64,000 nucleotides of DNA. Origin: Klebsormidium nitens (lineage: Eukaryota > Plantae > Klebsormidiophyceae). Position 1 is the first letter of the stretch. Each line of letters begins with the position of its first letter. Position numbers and translations under genes: made by a program. The DNA is taken from assembly GCA_000708835.1 (NCBI GenBank), contig DF237256.1:43856-107855 (forward strand). The letters are read 5' to 3'. A model generated the notes under the pieces. That model saw nothing but the letters and a program-made list of their open reading frames with translations, made no database searches and was not told where the DNA came from. Positions 63,721-64,000 of this stretch are shown here, piece by piece.

Positions 63721-64000
63721 GGGACTCTTCATAAAGTTGCAGCTTCAGAGCACGGGACCCCTACGGCGCGACGCGCCGGATCGGTATATTCCGAGGTAAT
63801 ACTTCGGTCCGACCGTGCCCCGACCAAGGTTTCACCGAATTTTCGACCTCCGTGAAGTCGGTAATTCCTCGGTACCCGGTCGGTTTTGTAATGTGCGGGA
63901 AAACAAAATTGCGACTGTGAAATCTCCACGGCGCCCGCGTACCGGTAGTACGTACTGTACCACGGTTTGTACGTTTCTTCAATCTAACAGTACAGTAGTT
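63721..64000. other. Possible terminus of another repeat or transposon, truncated by the window edge
   Basis: Non-coding, dense in CCGA/TCGG and GTAC words, with short inverted pairs (CCGAGGTAAT / ATTCCTCGG). No partner TIR inside the window. Confidence 0.2.

Noticed and set aside
1-64000. CRISPR arrays, rRNA, snRNA, autonomous transposases or retroelements, selenoprotein/SECIS or readthrough signals, U12-type introns
   Set aside because: None seen by eye. All junctions I checked were GT-AG and the reconstructed genes needed no in-frame stop. Infernal/Rfam and RepeatMasker runs would be needed to exclude weak cases.

Overview
Intron-rich eukaryotic nuclear DNA (GT-AG introns of roughly 150-650 nt, GC-rich exons). 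The gene content combines land-plant-type genes (TPLATE/TSET subunit TWD40-2, ABCC13-like transporter, SCPL51-like peptidase, a plant-family uncharacterised protein, a plant-type intron-containing tRNA-Tyr) with a flagellar outer-arm dynein thioredoxin light chain. This points to a streptophyte green alga, Klebsormidium-like (inference, no database search run). I reconstructed 11 spliced protein-coding genes by hand, one tRNA-Tyr(GTA), and two nested non-autonomous PIF/Harbinger-type MITEs with intact TIRs and TSDs. Family assignments rest on my recall of family sequences and motifs. The most interesting items are: (1) a type II membrane protein fusing a GT-A glycosyltransferase-like domain to an HtrL/YibB domain; (2) a Tourist-like MITE inserted inside a second MITE; (3) a dynein LC3 orthologue whose WCGPC site reads WVGPC; (4) recognisable PDZ motifs in an uncharacterised plant-family protein; (5) an E2F-site-bearing bidirectional promoter linking MRNIP to an unknown protein rich in CDK/cyclin motifs; (6) SARNP/MOS11 repeats built from symmetric exons; (7) three stop-free in-frame introns. 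Most ORFs in the supplied track are exon fragments or antisense shadows of GC-rich exons.
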